Part shown: one piece after another, positions 25,574-38,895 of the stretch
Layout of the letters: every line of letters starts with the position of its first letter
How positions within the stretch are numbered: position 1 is the first letter of the stretch
NCBI GenBank assembly: GCA_964016885.1
Contig: OZ024745.1
Coordinates: 46,562,001 to 46,626,000 of the forward strand
Length of the DNA: 64,000 bases
Origin: Eledone cirrhosa
Lineage: Eukaryota
Direction of reading: 5' to 3'
Made by a program: the position numbers and the translations under genes
The notes under the pieces: model-generated
Database searches by the model: none
What the model saw: the letters and a program-made list of their open reading frames with translations, nothing else
What the model was told of the DNA's origin: nothing

Positions 25574-28500
25574 TATATATATATCATCATTTTATATACA
25601 TACATACACATAATGTATGCATATGCAAATATATGTACATTTTTCAGTATGATTAGCAGTGATGGAAATATGGGGAGTACTCAAAGGTATATATTGGTAC
25701 ACAATTTCAAGTTATTTTATATATATCTACTAATGGAGATATTTACTATTAGCAATCCTTTGTCAAGTTTCAGTCAATAAAAATGTTTGTTTACTATCAT
25801 TACACGTGTTTATTTTATTCAGCTCCCAAAATAGAACACATAATATAGATTAGTTTATAACATAATCTATACAGTAAGAATGGCACTATATTTTGGTTGG
25901 AGTGTTATGGGTATCCCACGACCATCACGTGCACAGGTTCATATTTCTGCACTCTGATGGACCCTTCTATGATTCTCAGAATAAATTCTAGATACAGTCT
26001 TACCATATAACTAGTTTCCAATACCCACTGTAAATGTGGTTGGTGTTAGGTAGGCCAAATATTCAGACCCGTCAGAGCAAGATACAGTGTGGCCAATTCT
26101 GGCCAGACTTGTCTCTCGATGTGGGTGACCCATCTAACCCATGCAAGCATGGAAAAATGGATGCTAAACGGTGATGGTGATGATTATGACTTCCATCACT
26201 GATGATAAGTCCTTCCTAAGCTTACAATTATATTTCCATAAAATCAGTTAGATGCTTTCTGTGATAGCTATACCCAGAGTAGGAATGGAACTAATGTTCT
26301 GTTGCCACAGCTAACAGCAATGATTTGTTCCTATCTTATGTAGTACCTATATCTATTTAGATGTTTATTGAACCTTTAGCTATTTAAGTGTCTAGGCCAT
26401 GATCACAACATAGTGCTCATAACAGAATACCAACTAACAAGCTTTCAGCTAATTGTTTGGTACTTAAAACTTAAATATCTACTTCAAATAATGTATTAAC
26501 AGAAGTGAAACTTCAGTGACAGCCGACATAAACCCTGAAATCTACTTTTCTTGGATCAATAAAGTAACTTCCTGCAGTGTTCGGGGATTAATCTCTCATT
26601 GTAGGGTATATTGAACAAGATAGCAAGATGTTATCAGTTCAAACAACTGATGCCACTATTTTCAACCTTTTACCATACAATGCCATTTCATATTTTTCAT
26701 TTATTATATGAATGGACTCTTGGTGATGTAGCAACACTTTCAAATCTATCAGAGCTCATCCTTCTTCAGGTTTAATCACAGCCAATTTCTTCTAAAGAAG
26801 AAGAGAGAGTAATAGAGAGGAAGTGAGAAAGAGATATAGAGGAAGAGTCAACCTTAGTACTGGGCTGGTACTTTATTTATTAACCTCAAAAGAATGAAAA
26901 GCAAAGTTAACCTCAGTGCACGGAGAGCCAGAACAAATATGGCAAAGCATTTTATCTGATGTTCCAATGACTCTGCCCATTTGCCATTTACCATTTATTA
27001 AATAGTAGGATCAAATGTATTGTAGTTAGCTGTACTGTTCATTTGTTGTCAGCTCTGTTGTGTGGCCCTAGGTCAGTTCCAATCATTCAGATCTACAATC
27101 CATAGAAGGTCAGTTGAACAATGCAATCTAATTCACAGGTCCATTTTGCTGAGCAGAAAGCCTTGCCATTCACTCAAACATGCAGTTGGTTGGAGTTGTG
27201 CATTTTGTTGTTGTTTAGCTTCATATTAATAAAACATCTACCAGTCAAGTATTGTTCCTGCCACCACCAAAAGAAATTTTGGTCTTGTGCATTATTTAAA
27301 GAAATTTGATATACAAATATAGACAAATTCATGATCAGAGAGTCTATATCTTGCATTAAATAAATACTATTTAAGATCAATAATAATACTTGGTTTGTAA
27401 CAGATGTTGTTCTGACATGAACTTCACAAGAAACGTGTTACCATAGAAAGAATTTCTCTCTATACCAGTATAAAACCAAACAGTATTTAGATTCTGTCTA
27501 ACTGCTTACTCAGTGATGCAAATAATACAGGTATAGGCAACACAATTTTAAAGAAACCAATAAGTTTGTTAATAACCTCTTAGGTCGATTCAAAGCTGAG
27601 TTGCTATATATAGAATAGAAAATGCCATGAATTCTGGAAAATTCTGTTTCTGTTTAAACTTCAAAGATGCAGACAGTAGCAAGCATACAGAAATTGCAGG
27701 AAATATATTCAAAGAAAAGCATGAACATTTCTTATATTGTTGCACTTTTCAGTATCTATGTTTACATGCAAATAGGTATCATCATCATCATCATTATTAT
27801 CATCATTGCTTTCTTCTTTCTTGTTCTGCTCTTAACCCTTTCATTACTCTATTTCTAATGAAATGTACTACCTATGATTTTCAAATACTTTGACCTTGTT
27901 ATGTATGTATGGACCATTACCCCTTATGTCAGTTTGCTCTGCAACTCTACAGTGATTTTACAATTTTGGGTGTGAGTGGGTGGAAGGGGGTATTTTGTTC
28001 AAGGGGTTTCTGATGCCCCTTTTAAGCAGAAGTGCATGGCCTAGTGGTGTTGGACTGGGTTGTGTGTTGTGTTTTTGAGCAAAACACTTAATTTCATATT
28101 GCTCTAGTATATTCAGCTGAAAATAAGTACTAGCAATATCTGGGGGATTAACCCTAGTAGGGAGACTTGTACTCTCAGTCACTTAACACCACAGAAATTT
28201 GGATAAGCACCAAGCTGTGGAAAAGTACATGAAATGATAAACAGTAACTGTGATAACAAATGACAAACCTACAGCAAAGACTTAACTCTAACCCTGTCAC
28301 CACAAGTTAAAGACAGACCAGCAACTAATCACCATCATAGTTGACAGCACATGTAAATAACATAGTGAAAGTAACACAATTATAGTTGAAAATTGCTAAA
28401 ATGCCTGAACACTTTTGATACGAAACCGAAACCACCTGAAACTGCCCTTAGTTCTATGATACAAAACTATTTGCTTTAAAATATTTATATTCATCTAAAA

Positions 28501-28737
28501 CCTTCCATCATGATTTTATGTAAAAACCCGCTAACAGCTTAATGGGAAAATTAGTTATATTACTAAATCCTTCCTAATTCATATTTTTAACTGTTTACTT
28601 TAAAATGTTTATATTTATCTAAAGAAAAAAGAGAACATCTATCATAATTTTATGTAAAATCTTTTGTTAAATTATGTTCCAAATACTAGTTTAATAACCA
28701 GAAAGTTATATTACTAAATCCTTTCTAATCCTTGACT

Positions 28738-29060
28738 AGGGTGCCTGGTTGTTTCAGCGTCTTAGCCTTGCTATCACCCGTGGTAGTGCTGCAAGTATAT
28801 TGACTTGCCTCAAAAATTTCTGTCGACCTTTGCGATTGTCACACTTGGTGGTGAATTGGTGGTTGTTTTCGTTTTTGTTTCTCCATCTTTTTTTTTTCTT
28901 TCTCTTGCTCTGATCATATATTATGGTGTGTTATTTTTGTGAAGTTCTTAACAATAGTTAATTGTATTTATTATATGTGTTTATATTTGTTCACATTTTC
29001 ATTCTGAAAGAATTGTGAACGATTTATAAAGTTATTTATACAACTAAGAATAAAATTCTT
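28738..29060 (+). mobile_element. CRE-like non-LTR retrotransposon, extreme 3' fragment
   Basis: GAWLFQRLSLAITRGSAASIL matches the C-terminus of the 59524 ORF (WLFQRVSLAVLRGNAFSIL); T-rich UTR and AATAAA follow. Confidence 0.65.
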
Positions 29061-29545
29061 GGTTATTTTCAAAATTGTTTGAAAGTCATTGGTGGTGTCT
29101 TTCATTAGAAATAAAGGGCAAATGCTGGTAGAAAAAGTGACAGTATTATAAAAAGCTTAAGAAAAAAAATGTATAGTTCTCAACATTTTATTTATAGCTG
29201 TAGTGGATACTAAAAAAGAAGAAAAAAATCATAAAAATGTTATGATCATAGAACAAAGAATAGCATTACATTGGGCTACATGCTAGCTAGAAACTGGCAA
29301 CAGTTGACACTGCTGTATACAGGTGTACATGTGACTTATTGGCTGTCTAAAATTAATAAATCACATCAGAAATAGACACATAAAGAGAATTCTCATTTGC
29401 CTATTTATTTATAATGAAGCACATTCCTAAATTGCAGACTAATGCAGCTTTTATTACACACAGAAGACTAAATAGTCATGATTCACTGCTGTTTCACTGT
29501 GTATTTTTTAAATTTTCTATATATTACCATAGCAAGGGGATTTCA

Positions 29546-29611
<66 letters not shown>

Positions 29612-29629
29612 CATATATAATATATATAT

Positions 29630-30050
29630 ACAACAGAAGGTCCAACTGTACGCATAAGCAGCAACATAGTAAGTAAGGCAATTAAGAACATGAAGACAAG
29701 TAAAACAGCAGGACCATCAGGTATAGTTGCTGAGATGTTGAAAGCATCTGCGATGGTAGGGCAGACCTTAACCACCCTTATTGTAAACCAAGTAATACAG
29801 AATGGTGTCATTCGCAGTGACTGGAATAGCATCATCATCGTCAACTGCTACAAGGGTAAAGGAGATGCCCTAGAAAGGAATAACTACAGAGGCATAAAGC
29901 TGACTGACCAAGTCATGAAAGTTACAGAAAGAGTCATTACACAACTGATTAGAAACCGTATATACCTAGATGAAATGCAGTTTGGATTTATGCTGGGAAA
30001 ATGCACCACTAACAACCTCTTCCTTGTGAGGCAAATGCAGGAGAACTTCT
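29630..30050 (+). mobile_element. RTE LINE RT N-terminal fragment
   Basis: KTAGPSGIVAEMLK, CYKGKGDALERNNYRGIKL, EMQFGFM. Confidence 0.88.
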
Positions 30051-30559
30051 CAACTGTGAGAAGGATTTGGCGTGATCAATTAACTTGTCCCTCCTTATAG
30101 TGGCACTGGTTTTGCCTCCCAAACTATGGTTCCACCATGAGGTTTTGGTGGGCCAACGGCCTATCCCTCCTCATAGCAGTGCCATCCAGTTCCACACTAT
30201 AAATGTGATTACAGCTCCCAAACTATGGCTCTGCTGTGTGAAGGGTTCAGCATGGCCAATTGGCCTGTCCTTCCTCATAATGGTGTCATCCAGTTCCACA
30301 CTGTAAATGTGATTGGTGTTAGGAAGGGCACCCAGCTGTAAAAATCCCGGCCAAATTTACAGTCCCATCTGAGCAAGATACAGCATGGCTAATTCTGGCC
30401 AGACTTGTCTCTCAACGTGGACAACCCATCTAACCCACGCAAGCATAGAAAATGGATTTTTAAACTGTGATGATAATGATAATGATGATGGTGGTGGTGG
30501 TGGTGGTGATGATGATGATAATGATGATGATATATATCATACATAGATATGTGTGTATT

Positions 30560-32793
30560 GTTCTAGCTTAGTTGTCAGTGAACATAGCTTAGTTGTCAGC
30601 AACCACACGGTCAGAACTAGACGAACCTGGAAACAGAAGCCAACCTGGAGAAGAAAGGTCTGGAAGCTGAAAGACTCCTCAGCCAGTTACAGATTTAAAT
30701 ATATTTTACTCAACGCCTATGACAGTAAAGAAGACCAGATAGAGACATTCAATGTAGAAGAGCACTGGGAGTTCCTAAAAAATAACTTACTAAAGGCAAC
30801 GGATGAGATCTGTAAGACCACAGGCAGGAGGAGAGTGACTTGGTGGTGGAACAATAAGGTAGATGAGGCAGTTAAGGCCAAGAGACAGGCATGGAAAGAA
30901 TGGAAGAACGGGGGAAGCAGGGTACATTACATAGAGACCAGGAGGGAAGTTAGGCAGCATGTATACTTAGCTAAGAGGGAAGCAGAGGATAGAAAATTCA
31001 AGCATGTTTTGCAATATGAGGACCAGAAACAGGAGGTGTTCAAGATTGCGAGGCAGTGTGTCGGAGAGAATTGTGATGTCATTGGAGAGAAGTGTATCCG
31101 GAATGATAAAGGTGAACTTGCCCTCACAAGTGCTGAGAAGAAAGATGTGTGGAAGAGCCATTATGATAGATTAATAAATGAGGAGAATGCATGGGAAGAA
31201 GAGACCCTACCCCAAGTAGACCCTATATATGGGCCAGCAGTACAAGTCAGCAGCAGCGTAGTAAGTAAGGCAATCAGAGATATGAAGATGGGGAAGGCAA
31301 CCGGTCCATCAGGTATAGCTGCCGAGATGCTGAAGGCATCTGGGTCGGTAGGTCACACCATAACCACACGTATTGTTAACCAGGTAATACTAGAAGGTGT
31401 CATACCAAAGGATTGGTGCAGTAGAATCATTGTCAACTGCTACAAAGGTAAAGGTGATGCACTAGATACAGGAAAATATAGAGGTATAAAGCTGATGGAC
31501 CAGGTCATGAAAGTAACAGAAAGAGTTATAACACAGTTGATTAGGGACCGGATGAAACTAGATGAGATGCAATTTGGGTTTGTGCCAGGAAGAGGCCCTC
31601 TTCCTTGTGAGGCAGTTACAGGAAAAGTACCTAGCTAAAAGTAAACCACTCTACCTGGCATTCGTCGATCTCGAGAAAGCCTTTGACAGAGTTCGCCGTG
31701 CTATAATCTGGTGGGCTCTTAGAAAACTAGGAGTAGATGAATGGCTTGTGAAAACTGTACAAGCCATGTATAGGGGAGCAGTCAGCAAAGTTAGGATTAG
31801 CAATGAGTATAGCGAGGAATTTAGCGTACAGGTTGGTATCCACCAGGGCTCTGTTCTTAGCCCTCTCCTGTTCATCATAGTCTTGCAGTCAATAACGGAG
31901 GAGTTTAAGACCGGATGCTCATGGGAACTCCTGTATGCAGATGACCTCACACTTATAGCTGAATCTATGGTAGAACTAGAGAAGAAATTCAAAACTTGGA
32001 AGCAGCGACTAGAAAGAAAGGGTCTCAAAGTCAACCTGACAAAGACTAAGTTCCTTGTAAGTAGATAAGAAAACAGAACCCAGATCCCCTCAGGGAAATG
32101 GCCTTGCTCAGTATGTAGGAAAGGTGTAGGTAGGACCTCCATTCTCTGCCCCAAATGCAAACAATGGGTACACAAGAGATGTAGCGGATCTCAGGAAGCT
32201 TAATTAAGAATGTAGGCTTCACATGCAGCAGCTGTACTGGGACAGCAAGCAGCAAACAGCCACAGGAAACAAGTACCACCAATCTCTGGGAGGGCATAAA
32301 AAGGTGCAGAGCACTAGAAGTCGATGGAAACCGCAGAGTGGGGAGACCCAAGAAGACCTGGTATGAGGTGATAAAAGCCGATCTTACCCAATTACACCTC
32401 TCAAAGGCGATGACACACGACTGTGACCTCTGGCGTCACACAGTAATACAGAAGACCCGACCCCCCCATGGGTACAAGCCGAAGCTGAAGCATATATACA
32501 ATATTCCCCCCCCCCCCCCCCTCCCACTGCAAAGTGGTCGTGTAGGTGCCACGACAAAAAAGCACCCAGCCCACACTGTAAAGTGGACATGTAAGCGCCA
32601 TGGAAAAAAAACACCCAGCACTCACTGTAAATGAGGTTGGTGTTAGGAAGGGCATCCAGCTGTAGAAATCAAGCCAGAGTCAGTTCCCTACGAGCAAGAC
32701 AAGGTCAGCCAACCGGACACCGCCCACAACAGGACAACCTGGCTAACCCATGCTAGCGTGGAAGAACGGATGTAAAACGGTGATGATGATGAT
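30560..32793 (+). mobile_element. RTE LINE, 5'-truncated, frameshifted, internal deletion near 32285, (TGA)n tail
   Basis: ORFs 30553-31638 and 31562-32068 (FVDLEKAFDRV, GIHQGSVLSPLLF, LYADDL), PHD-like finger ~32105-32235, GRPKKTW, and 3'UTR. Confidence 0.93.
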
Positions 32794-35029
32794 GTTCTGG
32801 GATTTGATACTCTATTTCCAAATACTTATAGTTATTAACTGCAATTGAAACTAACAAGTCAATTCACATGCATTTCTCCCAGAACAAACACTGATTAGTA
32901 TAGAATTGCATCATTCATTACTACAATTTGTTTATGTATTTTCTTATGAATTAATACTTGGAATAGTTCTCTTCAATTAATTATGATTATTTATCATCCT
33001 GCTAATGATTCTGGTGAATGAACTAGAATAATTACTAAGTATTTGTTAAATACAAGTTCTAACTGGGGAATTACTTTAAAAATATTAAAATGATTGTATT
33101 TTAATTTGTTAGTAATTACATTGAATTATTTGCTACTACACTACTATGAACATTTTATGACCATTTTCCTGCTAAAGCAGAGGTTAGCCCAATGATAGGC
33201 TTTATACTCATCATGGGTCCTTTTTCAGGCAATGTTTTACAGCCAGATGTCCTTTTTGGTGCCAACTCTTTTAGCCATTATCATAATCATTTAATATCTG
33301 TTTTCCCTGCTAGCAAGACTTGGATTTGTTGTGACAGACCAGTCAGTACTCAAAACAGGATCTCTGACCTCCAGTTGAACTGAATGCCCAAGATATGATC
33401 CTATGTTATATTACATACATTTTATTATGGCACCAACACTAGAGAAGTTGTCATGTGCTTGTCATAGCTGAAGAGTTTTCCCAACTCTTTGTTAGGCAGG
33501 GTTTTTTTAATAACAGAATGCCCTTCTTATTTCCAACCACTTTACCAAATGCACTGGGTGATTGTTTATCCCCAGAGAGGTTGTCATATACATGGCACAG
33601 CCAAAGAGTCCTCCAAACCCTTTGTTTGGCAAATCATCTACAGTGGGCTGCCAATCATATTGCCCACTACCTTACAGGATGTACTGAGTGCATTTATCAT
33701 GGCATCATCACTAGAGCCATATCACCCTATTCTAAACTGGATACACAAGGTATATTGTATACACAGATATGTTGTTTATTGTGTGAAGTTCAGTGCAGCA
33801 ATCTGCTGGGTTTTTTCCACTATACAGTCTCTTCTTGATGCTTATAGGTTCAGAAAGTGACTACAGTGATTGAAACATGACAGTTGTAATTCTGTTCTCA
33901 TCTCTATTTGTGTGCATCTCAGCAGAGTGTTGTGACTTGCTTCTGTTTTTGTGTGTCTAGTTACCACTATCATTTTACGTATAGATTGGTAGGGGCCATT
34001 ATGGACCAAGTCAGTACTTAACTAGAACTATTATCCTCACAGACAGGTCAGAGTCAATGTCTCACTTAGTATGTTTCATTTTCACATCTATGGCTAGATG
34101 CCCTTCCTAACACCAACCACTTTACAGAGAGTACTGGGTGTATTTAATCATGATGCCAGCACCAAAAAAATATTGTTAGTTGTGATGTTCATATTTGATG
34201 TTCTTTAAAGTTGTTAGTTACTAAGAGAGATTATCTATTTGGTAGTTGACATTTGTTTGTTGATAGTGCTTTTAGGTGGTTGATGAAGGTTCAGAGTTGT
34301 TATGCAGCTAGCTATGTCTGTAAAATGGTAGGATGAGGAATCAAATGTGAAGTTATTTGTATATTAGTCTGTGCATGTATTATGTGGTTTTGAGGGATTT
34401 TTATATAATTTATACGTTGAAATAGAGTGGCCACTCCATTTGGGAAATTACAAATTCTAGATATGCTGTTGCATTTCTCTAAATAGGCTAGCTGACCCCA
34501 AGAGATATTTACCAGCCAGTATTTTTGTTTTGTTTCTTGACAAAGTGTTTAGCATTTTATTTATGAGTAGTGGGGTGGTGAGTTGACAGCTTTACTGATG
34601 TCAATGGTAATTAGAATGTTGTTGATGAAGCTGTTATCTGTTTTTATGTGAGCTTTGTGAATAGTCTTTTTAACCCTTTCATTACCATATCTATATATAA
34701 TGACAGATATTTATTGGTTGGTTGGGGTCTTCGAGCATCACACAAAAACAAAAACTGACAATTGAAAAGTAAGTACACCAATGGAATAAGGGTATACCTC
34801 GGAAGGTTTATTGATACTCACTTTATAAAATTAAAGAAGAAGAAAAACATCCCGGGTATACTAACCAACCCAACTGCTCTTTCTAGCAGGTTGGGAGACA
34901 ACCATAAGAGATTCTCTCTGTGCGTCTGTTGTCAGCAAAGCTCGTGTTTCATGGCCAGTGTCTCTGTGGATTTGAATGCTTGTTTATGCACACACACACA
35001 TAATTTTATATAATTATTTACATCTATGT

Positions 35030-35440
35030 CTATATATAATATTAACAATTGGAACTCCCATCATCCTTTTAAGAAACTTGGACCCACCACATCTATGCAA
35101 TGGCATGCACTTTACAATTAGACAGATAATGAACCATCTCCTAGAGGTCACTAACTATTCTTGGAGGCAATCATCAAGGAGAAAATGCATTTATTCCCAA
35201 GATTCCCCTCAACCCTTTCACTATTTAAGACTTTAGTTCCCTGTTAGAACCAGTTTTGCTATGACCATAAATAAAGTTCAGGGTCAGAGTCTCAAAGTTG
35301 TAGGATTGAATATGAGAGAATTGGAATTTATCGATGGACAGTTATATGTATATTGTTCCTGAATGCAAACTCCTAGAAATCTTCATATACTACACACGAA
35401 CAGTAAAACAAAGAATCTGGTGTATCTGGAAGATTTTTTA
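35030..35440 (+). pseudogene. Helitron PIF1-like helicase C-terminal remnant
   Basis: GTPIILLRNLDPPHLCNG; then across frameshifts AFIPKIPL and FPVRTSFAMTINKVQGQSLKVVGL...GQLYV (PIF1-family helicase C-terminal motifs). Confidence 0.85.
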
Positions 35441-35659
35441 CTTTTTTTTTTGTCTCACACCACAGTCTTGCCTCATACTCTAAACCAGACAATGCATCCA
35501 ATACTATTGTTTTCTCTTCTACTGGTCAACTCTTATCATTTGTTTACCAGAGTGAAGCTGGGTACCTCAGCTAGTATCTAATGAAAGACACTGCTTATGA
35601 TTTTCAAATAATCAAGAATCTAGACAGATTTAGTAATATAACTATCTTTCTCATTAAGC

Positions 35660-36260
35660 TCATAGTATTGGAGCTTGATCTCTCTACTTGGAGAAGTAGC
35701 ATATCTGCCTGGAGTGACTCCCTGATCTCTGATCTACTCACTCTATTGAGTAATGTTACTCCAAAGACCCTTCCAGGAACCCCATTTTGACTGCTTATAT
35801 CTACGATCATATTCTTTTGGTCATTACCCAAGATTCATGACCAGAGGTAAGGTTTGGCATAAATTCCGAATTGAAGAGGGCAAGTTTGGCTTTTATACCT
35901 CCCTCCCTTCTGATTACTGAATGCAGAAGCTGGAGCATTATTGCACCAGCTCCTGAAATTCTTGCACTTAATTCAGCCTTGTGCCTGCCATCACTTATGA
36001 ACATGGCTCCAAGATACTTGAACTTTTCTACCTGCTTCAGGGGATCTCCACTTGAGAGGACAAGTGTCTTAGTCTTCACAACACTGATTTTCATTCTTGC
36101 CCTGCAGTAGTCGGCAGCAAACCCATCAAGTGCATGTCAGAAATCATTTTTTGATGAGTTAAGTAATACCATGTCATCAGCATTCCAATCGACTGACCCT
36201 ACACCCACCAGTCTTGATATTACTTCCAATCCAGTTGCACATGTCAATCCTATTCATGAA
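35660..36260 (-). mobile_element. Degenerate RTE-type RT fragment
   Basis: MKISVVKTKTLV...QVEKFKYLG...SGHESWVMT and GVTLLNRVSRSEIRE. Confidence 0.75.
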
Positions 36261-37389
36261 TTTAAAGGAACTAAAGAAGGAAAAAAGATGATGATGGCAA
36301 GCTGTGTTTGAGGTTGTTCTTAGTTTTTATTCAGGTCACTATTTCAGTTATGCAGTTCAGCTCTATATTTTTATGCCGTCTCATGGGATGTGTTTCGGGA
36401 GATATTTCAGCAATTGGATTTTTGAATATTTGCATTGTTATAATGATGATGATGATGATGATGATGACAATGATGATGATGATCCATATTGATGTAGTTT
36501 GTTGAATACTGAGATTCTTGTTTTTGGAAGAAGTGATTCCACTGGGCTATTTAAAAAAAAAATATTGTGACTATATTTCTAACAAATAAACTGCCTATGT
36601 GGTTCAACTAATATTCAATATATTTAAGATTTTGGAGAAATTTAGTAAAGTGCCTGTCATTCATTTTTAAGAGTGAGATTTGATAGCTGTTTCTAGCAGG
36701 TTGAGGCTGTCATAGGAAACGATTATATTTCTTTGTTGATCTGAGAATGTATTCTAAATACTACATTTCAATATTAAACTAAGAAAAAATATAGAACAGA
36801 AGTGGAATTAATTTCCAAGTTCTAGATGTTTATTTTATTTTTATTTGAGTGAAAATTGTAAACAAAATTGCTTGGATATAAAAACAATTAATATACAGTT
36901 ATTTGAAAAACAAAATATAGCTTCAAGATACTGAATCAGTTCCGTTTTGATAATAGCAAAGAAAAAAACCCATGAAATAAATAACATGGTGATATTTGCA
37001 TTCGATCGTCGTCATCATCATCATCATTATCATCATCACAACCATCACCACAATCATCATCATCATCAATCTACATTCATTTTCCCCAAGTTAGCATGGG
37101 TTGAAGGAGTCTTTTTGACATGGAATTTTATGATTGGATGCCCTTCCTGATGGCAACTCTTGAATATTTTTCTGACTGAGTAAATTTAATAAACAGAAAC
37201 TAGGAGTAGGCCTGTTATACATATATATATATATACTTATATGTCATCACCATCATTGTTTAAGGTCCATCTTCCACGCTAGCATGGGTTAGACGGTCTT
37301 TTTCCATTTGATGCGGGAATGGCCGGGAGACCGTGTCTCGCTCGTATGGAAGTGTCTCTGGCAGGTTTTTTACGGCTGAATGCCCTTCC

Positions 37390-37441
<52 letters not shown>

Positions 37442-37501
37442 ACACACACACACACACACATACATACACATATATATATATATACATATATATATATAGA
37501 T

Positions 37502-37842
37502 GGAGGCACATGGCTTAGTGGTTAGAGCATTGGCCTTGCAATTGAAAGGTTGTGAGTTAAATTCTTAGACCGGGTGATGTGTTGTTTCCTTGAGCAAGAC
37601 ACTTTATTTCACATTGCTCCAGTTTACTCAGCTGTAGAAATGAGATGATAGGGACTGGGTTCCCTATCATTCCACTGCAAAGTGGTCGTGGAGGTGCCAC
37701 GGCAAAAAAGCACCCAGCACTCACTGTAAATGAGGTTGGTGTTAGGAAGGGCATCCAGCTGTAGAAATCAAGCCAGAATCAGTTCCCGTCCCACCCTTGC
37801 AAGCAGGGAAAAGGGGGACGTAAAATGATGATGATGATGATG
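37502..37842 (+). mobile_element. SINE family A, full-length
   Basis: Complete head, core and RTE-like tail ending in (TGA)n; TA-rich flanks. Confidence 0.92.
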
Positions 37843-37858
37843 ATATATATATATATAG

Positions 37859-38290
37859 CAGTAAGGAGGACACCAAGCTGTGAAAACAATTGCCTCCTTA
37901 TTAAAAAGAGAAAATGAATAAGCATCTTACTTATGTTGACATGAAAATATGAATGTAAAATATTTAAAGAACCCTACTTAGTTTCTATTCCACTGTGGGA
38001 CATCAATAGAAAGAAACTGGGAGTAAGCCTGTTATATTTACATATATATACATGCACACACACATACACCCACATTATATATAATGTGTGTGTGCATGTA
38101 TATATATGTAAATATAACAGGCTTACTCCCAGTTTCTTTCTATTGATGTCCCACAGTGGGATAGAAACTAAGTAGGGTTCTTTAAATATTTTACATTCAT
38201 ATTTTCATGTCAACATAAGTAAGATGCTTATTCATTTTCTCTTTTTAATAAGGAGGCAATTGTTTTCACAGCTTGGTGTCCTCCTTACTG
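37859..38290. repeat. Long inverted repeat, 207-bp arms, 18-nt loop
   Basis: 37859-38065 is the reverse complement of 38084-38290 with one mismatch seen (37989/38160); the left arm starts just after a (TA)n tract. Confidence 0.93.
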
Positions 38291-38797
38291 TTAACCACTC
38301 AACCATAAAATGAAACACATTGTCAGGTTAGCAAGCAGATACAAAGAAATAGAATTATCCTTTCTTAGGTGTTTCAACATAAGTTATATCAAATGTTTAA
38401 TTAAAGGCCGTATTGTCAGTAGCCCCCTCCCTTAACTCTTAACATCCTTTAATGATTTAATCAGAAAATATCTAAAAATGGGTTTGTTAATTCAAATGGT
38501 TAGAATTTCTTTACTATTGGACAGATCATTGTAAATATTTGCCACTGTAGAATAAGGACTTTAATGTTTCATGTGATACAGTCATAGAGCAATCTTATAC
38601 TATTCAAGTATGTCTTGCTAGTGCAGTTTCATGTTTTTTTTTTGTTTTGTTTTTTATCCATTTCCTTTTTATTCGATGTTGTAAAATAAAATTACAGACA
38701 ATAAATCAATTTACAGCTGTATAAATAACATTACAAATATTAATGGAAATATGAAAGAAAAAGAGAAAAAAAGGATAAAAACAAAACCAAGCAACAT

Positions 38798-38895
38798 TCA
38801 TTTATGGCATTTATAGTCCTTTCTCCTACTTTCCTATACAGTCAGATCTGACTGTATAGGAAAGTAGGAGAAAGGACTATAAATGCCATAAATGA
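38798..38895. repeat. Perfect spacerless 98-bp palindrome
   Basis: 49-bp arms centred on AGA|TCT (38846/38847). Confidence 0.95.

Noticed and set aside
17359-25780. Many ORFs rich in YI/IY/CV/TH repeats
   Set aside because: Translations of (TA)n/(TG)n microsatellites, which lack stop codons by composition.
37502-37575. tRNA-like sequences at the SINE heads
   Set aside because: A/B boxes are present, but there is no complete cloverleaf and they continue into SINE bodies; not called as tRNA genes.
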